DNA of 64,000 nucleotides from Dictyostelium discoideum. Its lineage: Eukaryota. A program made the translations under genes and the position numbers. The stretch lies in NCBI GenBank assembly GCA_000004695.1, contig CM000155.2, forward strand, positions 960,001-1,024,000. The letters run 5' to 3'. The first letter of the stretch is position 1, and every line of letters starts with the position of its first letter. Under the pieces are notes generated by a model that saw only the letters and a program-made list of their open reading frames with translations, was not told the DNA's origin and did not search any database. Positions 54,321-64,000 of this stretch are shown piece after piece.

Positions 54321-56654
54321 ATGAAAGGAAGAGCAAATCCAAAGAATGTTAAACCAACAAGTGGTAAAAAAGTTACAAAAAAGTTAGATAAAGGTGGAAA
54401 AGGAAATAATAAACAACAAAAATTAAAACAACAACAACAAAAACAACAACAACAATTACCAAAAACCAATAACCCAATTTTACATGCACAACAACAACAA
54501 ATTAAAAAAGATTATCAACATAGACCAATTAATATAAAGAAAAAACATGCAAATGATTATAGTAGAGTAAATTCAGATGAACGTTTAGAAGATGTAGATG
54601 ATATTTCATATGAAGAGTATAGACAATCTGAAATCAATACAAAGTTACGTGTTAAAGATCATGTTTTCGAAGGTGGTGATGAATTTGATAATTTTGATAT
54701 TTTAAATTCAGATGATGATTGCTTTGGTGATAATATTTTTGAATTTGATACAGCAGATTATGGAAGTACTGATTTCTTATCAGATGATCAAATCTCTCAA
54801 TTTAAAAGACAATTAAAAAAAGATAATATTTCAAAAGAGTATCATTTAAAAGATCAAAATGATAATAATAATAATAAAAATAAAAAAAAGAATAAAAATA
54901 ATAATGATGATGAAGACGATGATGAAGATGATGAAAATAATAATAAAAATCAAACTAAATTATCAAAAAAAGAAAAAGAAAGAATTAAACAAGAGAAAAG
55001 ATTACAAGAAGCTAAAGAAATTCAATTTAAAGAATTACCACCAATAAAGAAAAGATATTGGAAAGATACAATGAAACAGTTGACAAGTGAAGATCATCGT
55101 GAAATGCGTATTAAAATCAAAGCAAATGTTAGTACAAGTTTCGATGGTCAAGAGATACCAAGACCAATAATAACATTTGAAGATCAAGATTTACCATTGT
55201 CAATGAAAAAGTTTATTGGATTTCTTACAACTAAATATCCATCGATTACAGCACCAACACCAGTTCAATCACAATGTTGGCCAGGTATTTTAAGTGGTCA
55301 AGATATTTTATCGATTGCTCAAACTGGTTCAGGTAAAACATTGGGTTACCTATTACCAGCGATTCCAAACATTTTAGAACATTTACGTCAAAGGAAAATC
55401 AGACGTCAACAAATGACAATGCAAGAGAAATTAGAGAATAAAAAGAAATCAAAGTTATTAAAAAATACAAATATGGGACCAATGGTGTTAATTATCGTAC
55501 CAACTAGAGAATTGGCAAAACAAGTCGAATCATCATGTAAACCATTGCGTTCAAAGTTTAACATTCATTCAATCGCTATCTATGGTGGTGTTGATGCAAA
55601 TGAACAAAAAGATATTCTAGGTCAAGAACATAATGAAATCATCATTGCAACACCGGGTCGTTTGGTTGATTTAATTCAAAGATCAAAGGAAGTCGTTGGT
55701 TTATTGGGTGGTGTTGGTATGTTAATTCTTGATGAAGCCGATAGAATGTTACAATTGGGTTTCGGTGATCAACTTCAAAAGATCTCTGAACAAATTCGTC
55801 CAGATCGTCAAACTCTTATGTTTTCTGCAACTTTTCCACAAACTATGCAAGATGCCGCCAAAAAATGGTTAACAAATCCATTGAAAATTAGAGTTAAATC
55901 AAGTTCAACCAATCAAGGTAGCACCTCAATCATCTCTAAAAATGTTAAACAAGTGGTTAAACCAATCGCTGAAAAAGAGAAATCAAAATATTTAACAACT
56001 TTCATAAACTCAATTATGAAGAAAGAACTATTACTTAGAAATAGAAGTTTAATTTTAATCTTTGTAAATACTATTAAATCGGTTAAACCAATCCTAACTG
56101 TAATCGAGAAAATGTGTGACCAATTTCGTGAAAGAAAATATAAATGTGGTGCAATTCATGGTGATATGAAACAATTTGAAAGAGATTCAGTCATTGATAA
56201 CTTTAAATCTGGTAAAATCTCAATTTTGGTTGCAACTGATATCCTTGGTAGAGGTATTCATATTGGTGGTAATCTTAGATTCGTCATAAACTATGATTTC
56301 CCATCATCCTTGGAACAATATGTACATAGAGTTGGTAGAACTGGTAGACAAGGTAATAAAGGTCATGCTTTAACTCTATTCACTGATACTCCACAAAATA
56401 CTCCAATGGCAAGAGGTTTAATTAAAATTTTAGAAGAATGTAAACAACAAATCTCTCCTGATTTAATTAAATTGGCTGATAATTTTAATGGTATAGTTTC
56501 AAATGAATTTGATTCCATTAAAAAATTATTAGTAAATCAAGAGGATCAAGATGATGAAGAAGAAAATGTTGATCAAGAAATGAATGATATTAATCAAAAT
56601 GATGATGATGATGAAAATAATAATTTTAATTCTGATGATTCGGATAGAGATTAA
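54321..56654 (+). CDS. DEAD-box ATP-dependent RNA helicase (DDX5/DDX17/Dbp2-like core) with Lys/Gln-rich N-terminus and acidic C-terminus, 777 aa
   Basis: Q motif PTPVQSQCWP, motif I AQTGSGKT, Ia PTRELA, II DEAD, III SAT, V ILVATDILGRGIHI, VI HRVGRTGRQG. Single exon with ATG at 54321. Confidence 0.9.
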   Translation: MKGRANPKNVKPTSGKKVTKKLDKGGKGNNKQQKLKQQQQKQQQQLPKTNNPILHAQQQQIKKDYQHRPINIKKKHANDYSRVNSDERLEDVDDISYEEYRQSEINTKLRVKDHVFEGGDEFDNFDILNSDDDCFGDNIFEFDTADYGSTDFLSDDQISQFKRQLKKDNISKEYHLKDQNDNNNNKNKKKNKNNNDDEDDDEDDENNNKNQTKLSKKEKERIKQEKRLQEAKEIQFKELPPIKKRYWKDTMKQLTSEDHREMRIKIKANVSTSFDGQEIPRPIITFEDQDLPLSMKKFIGFLTTKYPSITAPTPVQSQCWPGILSGQDILSIAQTGSGKTLGYLLPAIPNILEHLRQRKIRRQQMTMQEKLENKKKSKLLKNTNMGPMVLIIVPTRELAKQVESSCKPLRSKFNIHSIAIYGGVDANEQKDILGQEHNEIIIATPGRLVDLIQRSKEVVGLLGGVGMLILDEADRMLQLGFGDQLQKISEQIRPDRQTLMFSATFPQTMQDAAKKWLTNPLKIRVKSSSTNQGSTSIISKNVKQVVKPIAEKEKSKYLTTFINSIMKKELLLRNRSLILIFVNTIKSVKPILTVIEKMCDQFRERKYKCGAIHGDMKQFERDSVIDNFKSGKISILVATDILGRGIHIGGNLRFVINYDFPSSLEQYVHRVGRTGRQGNKGHALTLFTDTPQNTPMARGLIKILEECKQQISPDLIKLADNFNGIVSNEFDSIKKLLVNQEDQDDEEENVDQEMNDINQNDDDDENNNFNSDDSDRD

Positions 56655-56885
56655 AATAAATAAAATAAAAAAAAAGAATTATATGATATTTCAGAAAAAA
56701 AAAAAAGATTTTTTTTTTTTTTTTATTGAAATTCCTTTTAACAAAAAAAAAAAAATCATGATTGTTTTTCACGAGAGCTTTCGTCATTTTTTTTTTTTTT
56801 TTTTTTTTTTTTTGATTTTTTTTTTTTTTTTTAATTCATTCCGTTTTATAATTTTTCATTTATTTATTAAAAAAAAAAAAAAAAA

Positions 56886-58043
56886 ATGTTAGAATTAAGA
56901 TTAGGAACTTGGGAACAATTTAAATTAAATACTTATTCAAATTATCCAGAATGGGGTGATTCAATTAATATTGAACATTATTGGGAAAGAGAAAGAGTAT
57001 CAAAAGATTGTGTCACTGGACATAGACCATGGATTTTAGTTGATAGTGAACAACCTGATGAAATTTTAGCATCATGTGAATCATATACTCAAGAATCACC
57101 ATATTGTTTAAAAGGAACCAATGAAATTAAATATGGATTATCAGAATCAATAGCTAGTGTTTTCGTTGAACCAAAACATCGTAATAAAGGTTACGCAACA
57201 AAATTAATGAAACTTATTTATGATAGATTTAAAAATCAAGATAAAAGAATTTTTTGTGAACTCTATTCAGATATCAATCCAATAGTTTATGAGAAATGTG
57301 GTTGGATTCAAAATCCTCCAACTACTTTAAAAATTAATTTAAATGATAATACAACGGTTTCAAAATTTTTAAATTCAATTAATAATAATGACAATCAATT
57401 TGAATTTATAAATGAAAATAATTCAAAACCAGTTACAGAAAGTAATATTGAATTAGTTTTAAAAAAAGGTATTGAACATACTGAAAAAACATTGATTGAA
57501 ATTGCAAATCATAATGAAACTAATTCATCAATTGAATATGTTTTCTCAAAACAATTTACAAAATCCGAATTTTATTGGGAAATTTCTCAAGCTAAACTTT
57601 ATTCAACTATTATTGAAGGCTTTGAAGCTCCAACTGTATTTGGTCATTGTATTTTAAATAAAAAAGTTGATGAATTAAAAGATTTTAATGATGTAAAGAG
57701 TTTTATTGTTTGGACTTTTGATTATAGAGAAAAATGTTTAAAAATTTTAAAATTATTTGCAGATTCAGAATTAGATTTTAAATTTTTATTAAAGAAATCA
57801 TATGATCAAGCTTTAAAATCAAATCTCCAATCAATTTTAGCATGGTGGCCAAAATCTTCAAATGATAAATTTAAAAAAGAATTTGTTGATTCAATTAATC
57901 AAGAAATAATTATTAGAGATGGTTCAATTCCAATGGTTACATCTTGGATTAATTTAAATGGTAATAATAATAATAATAATAATAGCTCAACTGATATTAA
58001 TAAAGGTATTTGGATAAATGTTGAAAAATTTGGTTGGGTATAA
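56886..58043 (+). CDS. Hypothetical protein with possible GNAT-like acyl-CoA N-acyltransferase fold, 385 aa
   Basis: ATG ORF. The only motif-level similarity is SVFVEPKHRNKGYATKLMKLIY, which resembles GNAT motif A (acetyl-CoA binding). The functional call is weak. Confidence 0.45.
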   Translation: MLELRLGTWEQFKLNTYSNYPEWGDSINIEHYWERERVSKDCVTGHRPWILVDSEQPDEILASCESYTQESPYCLKGTNEIKYGLSESIASVFVEPKHRNKGYATKLMKLIYDRFKNQDKRIFCELYSDINPIVYEKCGWIQNPPTTLKINLNDNTTVSKFLNSINNNDNQFEFINENNSKPVTESNIELVLKKGIEHTEKTLIEIANHNETNSSIEYVFSKQFTKSEFYWEISQAKLYSTIIEGFEAPTVFGHCILNKKVDELKDFNDVKSFIVWTFDYREKCLKILKLFADSELDFKFLLKKSYDQALKSNLQSILAWWPKSSNDKFKKEFVDSINQEIIIRDGSIPMVTSWINLNGNNNNNNNSSTDINKGIWINVEKFGWV

Positions 58044-58380
58044 AATAAAATTTATAAATAAAACATATTTAAAACCTGTTTTTTTGTTTTTTTTTTTTTT
58101 TTTTTTTTTTCAAAATTATATATATTTATTTAAAAAAATTTTATAATATTTATTTATTTCGTGTAAATATAAATATAAATAAGTTGTTATTATGAATTAG
58201 GAATTAAGAATTAAGAATTAAAAAACATTTTTTTTTTTTTTTTTTTTGTATTTTTTTTTTTTGTATTTTAGTTTTTTTTTTGTTGTTACAAAAGCTTTTT
58301 TAAAAAAAAAAAGGTTAAAGAATAAGTTAGAGAGTGGGTTTGAGTTGGGGGTTTTTATGGATTTTCAAAAGTTATTACTG

Positions 58381-60982
58381 CTAATTGGGGCTAGTATAAA
58401 TTGGATTTTCACCACCTGATGGATTGCTTTCATAAAGTGGATTGGCATTTGATGTGGCCATTGTAACACCTTGACTTGCTTTCCAGTAGTCATAACCTTT
58501 CTTACCAGCAAACTAATTAAAGAAAAAAAAAAAAAAAAAAATTTTAATTAATAAAACTGTTTTAATAAAAAAATAAAAAAAAAAAAAAAAAATTAAGACA
58601 TACAATAAAGACACCAAGTGCAATTGCACCACCAACAGCAACACCAACAGCAACACCAACTGAAACAACAGCAGCAGTTTTACAAATGAATGGTTTTGGA
58701 TCGAAATCAACAGACTCACAAGTACCTTCTTCAGTTGCAGTTGCATTCTTACAAATACCAGCTTGACATCTACCATTATCAGCAGCACATTTCTTTTCAA
58801 ATTGAATACAACCAACTATTTCATCACATTCAGCAACTAAACAGAAAGCATCAGCTTTACAAACACGTGGTTCATATTTACAACCAACACCTGGAACACA
58901 TTTACCAACTTGACATTTACCTTTGGATGGACAAACACGTGGAGTTTCAACACAACCTTTTTCAGTATCACAAGAATAAACCATACAAACATCACCTTTA
59001 TCACATTCTGTGGTTGGTTTTGATGAACAATTACCATTGTTAGTGGCTTTATCAAGAAGACAAACTTCAGTGGTACATCTATTACCATCATCACATTTCT
59101 TGTCAACTGGATCACAATCACCAGTTACACCATTACAAATAGAACAACCACCACATTTATTTGAAAGAGTGTGGGTAATAACACCGGTTGTTTCATCACA
59201 TGCATCAATGGTACATGGATTTTTATCATCAATTTCAAGACTTGGTAATGGTTTACATGAACCATCTGCATTACATGATTTAATTTGACATTTGTTAAGT
59301 TTACCATCACATTGACAATCACATAGATTAGGTGGGATGGTTGTATTCTTACATTCTCCAGTTGAGACTTCACAGAATGAATTTAAACATGGATTGTAAT
59401 TTTCAGATTTTTGTAGACATCTTGGTTTCTTGGTACAACCAACATTTGGATCACAAGAGTATTCATAACATTTATCTTCAACACCTTTATCCAATTCATC
59501 AATACAAATTTTACTATTCTTGGTTTCACATTTTCCATCAACACATGCACCAGTTGAACAAACATCAGTACAAAGATTCTTAAAGATACAACCCAATCCT
59601 GAATCACAATGATCTTCTGCTTTACATGAATTTTGTGGAATACATTTTGTAATATTTGTTACAAAGATACCAGTTGAAACATTACATTTACCAGTATTAC
59701 ATTTATCAGTAACACTCCAGTCAGTTGGTGTTCTATCTTGATGACGACAATTTGCTGAAATATCTTTTAGATCAAATACAGCGGTTGGCTCTGGACAGCT
59801 AAAATTAATAAATTATTAATTAAAATTAATATTTATTATTAATTAAAAAAAGAAGAAATGTTAAATTTTTTAAAAAAAAAAAACTTACAGATCAATTGTA
59901 CATGGATTACCATCATCACAATCTCTTGTAACATTACAACAACTTAAACCATTACCAGTACATACACCACAGAAATCATACCATGGACATTGAAGTTCAA
60001 TTGTTGTTTCAATACGAATTGTTGATCTTGAAGTATGTCTTTCACAATAGAAGAAATCAATTACATAGAGTTTATTAACAACAAGACCAAGTTTAGTAAG
60101 ATCAATAGTTTTCTCTTGAGCAATATGTAAACCACCCAAATCTACAACCAACTTTCTATCAATGAATACCCAAACATCATCATCACCTACGAATCTAAAT
60201 GTTTCAAAACCTTTGTATGTGAAACGACTATTGGTAATTTTGGCACAGAAGTGATAATTATGATATGGTTTTGGATTTGCTTTACTTTCATCATCATAAT
60301 AGTTACGGAATTGTTGATCTACATCAAATCCTCTTCCATCAACTAATTTAAAATAAAAATAAAAATAAAGTAAAATATTAATATTAAAATAAAATTATTT
60401 AAAAATATTAATATTTTTATAAAAAAAAAAAAACAAATGATTTAAAAACTTACTTGGGAAAAATTCTTGATTATCATAAAAATAATTTGATTTATCATCT
60501 AAATTCATTGTAAGAGTAATATCTAATGGATAATTTTTACCACTATTGTTTCTATCTGGAGCATCAGAATTATCAGCGAAAAAGTATTTAAATAATTCTG
60601 GTGAATAAATACGACCTTGTTTATTGACAGTTGTAAGATTTGACATTGTGGTTAACTCTGGAATACCAGTGGTTTCATTTAGAATTGATTTTACAAGATT
60701 TACTGTTAAAACACCATTTTCAGGTTCAAAATTGTTATTATATTTTGGATGTTGATCGAAAATTCTTAAATTAAAATCTTGAGTTTCTATAATTTGAAAA
60801 AAATTAAAAAATAAAATAAAATAAAATAATTAGTAAGTTTCTGACTTTGATTTTTTTTTTTTTTATTAGATCAATGATTTTATATAATTATTTAATTTTG
60901 ATTTCATACTTTTCATTTCAACTGCTAGAGTGGTAGAAATAAAAAGAACCACACAGTATAAAAATATGAAAGTCTTTTTCAT
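58381..60982 (-). CDS. PA14-domain, Cys-rich (EGF/psi-like) type I transmembrane protein with NPxY cytoplasmic tail; five exons, complement(join(58381..58512,58604..59798,59889..60342,60454..60786,60910..60982)), 728 aa
   Basis: Exon 1 is a signal peptide (MKKTFIFLYCVVLFISTTLAVE), donor a|GTATGA. Exon 2 is 110 aa, donor a|GTAAGT. Exon 3 is the PA14 domain (GFETFRFVGDDDVWVFIDRKLVVDLGGLHIAQEK...YVIDFFYCERHTS), donor ct|GTAAGT. Exon 4 is about 330 aa of CxxC/CxC-rich repeats ending in a TM helix (AAVVSVGVAVGVAVGGAIALGVFI), donor att|GTATGT. Exon 5 is the tail FAGKKGYDYWK...NPLYESNPSGGENPIYTSPN. Phases are 1, 1, 2, 0, all consistent. The architecture matches the Dictyostelium psi/PA14 family. Confidence 0.72.
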
Positions 60983-61121
60983 TTTATTATTATTTTTGTG
61001 TGTGTACGTTTTTTTGGTGTGATTTATTAATTTCAATTTGTTATTATTATTTTTATTATTATTAATTATTATTTTTATTATTTAAATGATTGAAATTTTT
61101 TTTTTTTTTTTTTTTTTTTAT

Positions 61122-61156
<35 letters not shown>

Positions 61157-61933
61157 CTTAATAAATAAAATTGTTTTTTTTTGGTTTATTTTTAGATGTT
61201 AATTATATTTTTAAATAAAAAAAAAAAATTAATTGGTTTTTATTATTGTTTTTTTTTTTTTTTCTTTCATGTAAATAAATTAAAAATAATAAAAAAAAAA
61301 ATTAAAAAGTTAAATAGAAAAAAAGAAAAAATAATGATAAAAAGCGTTTTAAATTGATGATATGGTACATAATTATCACAATAAAAAAAAGAAATATTTA
61401 TTAAAATAGAAAAAAAACACACATTTAAAATAACCCCACTTTCAACCACCACCATCTTATTTTTTTTTTTACATATAAATATTTTTTTTTTCTGCAACAA
61501 TGATCATATCATTTTTGTTTGGGGGTTATTTTTATTGTGTGAGTGGGGTGAAATGTTTTTTTTTTTTTTTTTTTTTTTTTTTTTCTTTGTACAGAAAGAA
61601 AAAACAAAATTGGGTATTTAATATTAAAGAGTGTGGCATGGATGTTTATTATATTAATTCCGATAATTGAAAATTTAAATTAACACACACTCTCTCACTC
61701 ACACAAAAAATAACAACAAACAACAATAACAAAATAAAAAATAATAAAAATAATGATATTAAAAATACCAATATTTGCCAACCCCCACTGAAATAACAAC
61801 AACCCACACCTTTCTATATTAGATAGAAAGGTTCTATTTTTATCTACATCATAGAATCGAGATTTAAATATGATAAGAATAATCATATTGGTAATTTTTC
61901 TTTCCAACCGACATATAATCCACCAAATTAACC

Positions 61934-61964
<31 letters not shown>

Positions 61965-63223
61965 ATAATAAAAATAATAAAAAAAAATAGAAAAATATAA
62001 AATATAAATAAACAAAAAATATTTTAAATTAATAAGGACAAAGTACATTGGGGTATTTATTTGAATTTTTTTTTTTTTTTTATTATTTTTTTTTTTTGAT
62101 AATTTAAATATAGAAATGATAGAGAGGTTAAATAATGTTTTGCAATCTGGATTTATGGTGAGATATTGTGCATGTGTGTTTAAAATTATATATATTTATT
62201 TATATATTTTTTTTATTTTTTTTTTTATTTTTTTTATTTTTTATTTTTTCATTTTTGAATGGGTGGTGAAAACGCATCTTCACAAAACCAAACATTACAA
62301 AATTGTAATTCAAATAATATAAATCTATATTTTTTTTTTTTTTTAATTATTATTTTTAATTTTTATTAATAAATTAACAAAAAAAGTAATGATAATATTT
62401 TTTAAAAAAAAAAAGTCAATTTAAAAGATGGCGATGGTAATATTTTTTGTAAAATTCAAATAAAAAAAACAAAAAAAAAAAAATATTATTGAAAATATAA
62501 AAAATAAATAATATTTTTTTTATGTTAATTAACAACCAACCATAATATCGACTTTTTTTTTTTTTTATTATTTTTTATAATCCGATTTTTATTTTTTTTA
62601 TTTTATTTTCTTAATTGATTTTCTGAATATTTGTTTTTTTTTTTTTTTTAATTATTTATAAATGAATTAAATTTTATGCCTATATTTAGAATTGTTTTTG
62701 AAACCATTGAAAATTATTAAAAAAATTTATTCGAATAGATATTTTCAAATTTAAATTACGATTTTTTATTTTAGTTTAAAAATTGTAAACAATTATTTTT
62801 AACTAAATTAATAATTGTAATTTTATAACGTTATAAATTATTAATTATATACAAACACTTCAAAAAAAAAAAAAAAAAATATCAACAACAAGTTATTTTT
62901 TTTTATATTTAATTAAAGTTTTTGTAATATTGAAAAAGTAATTTTTTTAATTTTAATATAACTATTATAATTATTTTCTTTTTATTTATTTATTTTTTTA
63001 TTTATTTATTTATTTATTTATTTTGTGGTTTTATTTTTTAATTTAAATTAATAAAAAAAATAAAAAAATAAAAAAATAAAAAAAAAATTATTACCCATTG
63101 AAATTAATTTGTAAAAATACAATTATGTTTATTTAAATTATTTATTTAGGAAATTTTTTATTTTAAAAAAAAAAATAGTTATGATAACAAATTTGTTATT
63201 ATACATTTAATGATTTTGGTTGG

Positions 63224-64000
63224 TTAAGCATTAATACCGATTCCAATACCTAAACCAAAACCTTTTTTACCTTTATCATCACATTTACATTTATCACTAA
63301 CTACTCTTTCTTGACTGCAGAAACCTGTATATTGATTACAAACTGGTTTAAGACATGGGTCATTACCTTGTTTACATTTATCAGTTTTTATACAACCTTT
63401 GATTGGATCACAACTATAGGTTTTACATCTATCAAATTTATAACCATCAAGTTCTCTTTGACAATCATCACAATCCTTCTTTTCACAATAAGTTTTACAT
63501 GAACTTAATTTTTCACATTTTCCACATTGTGGTACTTTTGGAGTTTGTGTTGGTTTTGGTGTTGGTGTTGGTTTTAGTGTTTTTGTTGGTTTTGGTGTTT
63601 TAGTATGTTCAGTGCATGTTGGTGTTGGTTTTGGATGTTTTGTACATGTTGGAGTTGGTGTTGGTTTTGGTGTTTTGATATGTTCAGTACAAGTTGGTGT
63701 TGGTGTTGGATGTTGAGTACAAGTTGGAGTTTGTGATGGAGTTTCGGTTGGGGTTTGTGATGGTGTTTCAGTTGGGGTTTGTGATGGTGTTTCAGTTGGT
63801 GTTTGAGTTGGTGTTTCAGTTGGTGTTTGAGTTGGAGGTTCATAAATACAACCTGTATTTCCGTCACAGCCAGTATTAATTAATCCCTCTTTTTCAACAC
63901 AAATTGTTGCATTTAAAAACCAACTACCAGTGGTTGAATTACAAACACTTTCAAAACATTTATCACTTACTAATGGATCTGGAGTTGGGTGATGTTGACA
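63224..64000 (-). CDS. 3' portion of a Cys-rich, Thr/Pro-repeat (mucin-like) secreted or GPI-type surface protein; 5' end beyond the window
   Basis: The stop-free frame from the window edge reads CQHHPTPDPLVSDKCFESVCNSTTGSWFLNATICVEKEG...(TPTQTPTETP)n...CTEHTKTPKPT...CGKCEKLSSCKTYCEKKDCDDCQ...CKCDDKGKKGFGLGIGIGINA then stop at 63224..63226. The C-terminus is hydrophobic and Gly-rich. Confidence 0.55.
   Translation of the reverse strand, partial: CQHHPTPDPLVSDKCFESVCNSTTGSWFLNATICVEKEGLINTGCDGNTGCIYEPPTQTPTETPTQTPTETPSQTPTETPSQTPTETPSQTPTCTQHPTPTPTCTEHIKTPKPTPTPTCTKHPKPTPTCTEHTKTPKPTKTLKPTPTPKPTQTPKVPQCGKCEKLSSCKTYCEKKDCDDCQRELDGYKFDRCKTYSCDPIKGCIKTDKCKQGNDPCLKPVCNQYTGFCSQERVVSDKCKCDDKGKKGFGLGIGIGINA

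Noticed and set aside
58513-59607. Several overlapping 60-117-aa ORFs on both strands (58513..58815, 58690..59043, 58837..59121, 59010..59288, 59125..59373, 59332..59607)
   Set aside because: All lie inside exon 4 of the PA14/Cys-rich gene. The Cys-codon-rich, moderately GC sequence is open in several frames by chance. Only the frame continuous with the PA14 exon and the TM helix is coherent.
63311-63879. Track ORFs 63311..63502, 63403..63603, 63694..63879 (plus) and 63574..63867 (minus; HQLK repeats)
   Set aside because: These are alternative frames of the Thr/Pro-repeat region of the edge gene. The coherent frame is the minus-strand one ending at 63224, with Cys-rich modules and TPTQTPTETP repeats.

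Overview
This window is AT-rich, intron-poor amoebozoan nuclear DNA, very likely Dictyostelium discoideum. The evidence is ~80% A+T intergenic DNA, long homopolymers, (AAT)n-encoded poly-Asn tracts, short GTAAGT...AG introns, a polyubiquitin gene, FNIP-repeat and PA14/psi-type genes, and a tRNA gene with a downstream external B box. It is eukaryotic, so no operons, CRISPR arrays or phage are expected, and I found none. The provided ORF track evidently accepts TTG/GTG as start codons and cannot see spliced genes. I therefore rebuilt gene models by hand from GT...AG boundaries, reading-frame phase and protein-domain continuity.

Protein-coding genes recognised:
- a 4x polyubiquitin
- an FNIP-repeat protein (2 exons)
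- a DH-PH-FYVE (FGD-like) RhoGEF (4 exons, minus strand)
- cullin-1 (culA-like; 5 exons, exactly 770 aa)
- a GH89 alpha-N-acetylglucosaminidase
- a RhoGAP-SH3-DH-PH-DH protein, resembling the described Dictyostelium RacGAP/GEF called DRG
- a 3-exon gene whose Ser-rich middle exon is invisible to the ORF track
- an ERGIC3/Erv46 orthologue (4 exons)
- a 1736-aa F-box protein
- a tandem-GNAT acetyltransferase
- a DDX5/17-like DEAD-box helicase
- a second GNAT-like protein
- a 5-exon PA14-domain, Cys-rich transmembrane protein with an NPxY tail
- a 5'-truncated Cys-rich, Thr/Pro-repeat surface protein at the window edge

The observations I rate most interesting are these. (i) Three large paralogous, low-complexity proteins share a conserved N-terminal box N-E-(I/K)-L-F-W-K-V-F-(K/R/H)-N placed after a poly-Asn tract. 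Two of them sit head-to-head across a 409-bp shared promoter, and the third has its 5' end lost in a 100-N assembly gap. (ii) A tRNA-Ile(AAT) gene with an external B box lies next to ~550 bp of unusually complex non-coding DNA, which may be a retroelement landing site. (iii) A ~150-bp hairpin-forming inverted repeat sits beside a 75-bp tandem duplication. (iv) A 19-nt motif is shared by two GC-richer non-coding islands. (v) There are G/C-homopolymer islands that may be sequencing artefacts. (vi) One intron is in-frame and stop-free. No named domain or homology is a computed hit; these assignments, like my symbols for known genes, are recall from reading the translations.
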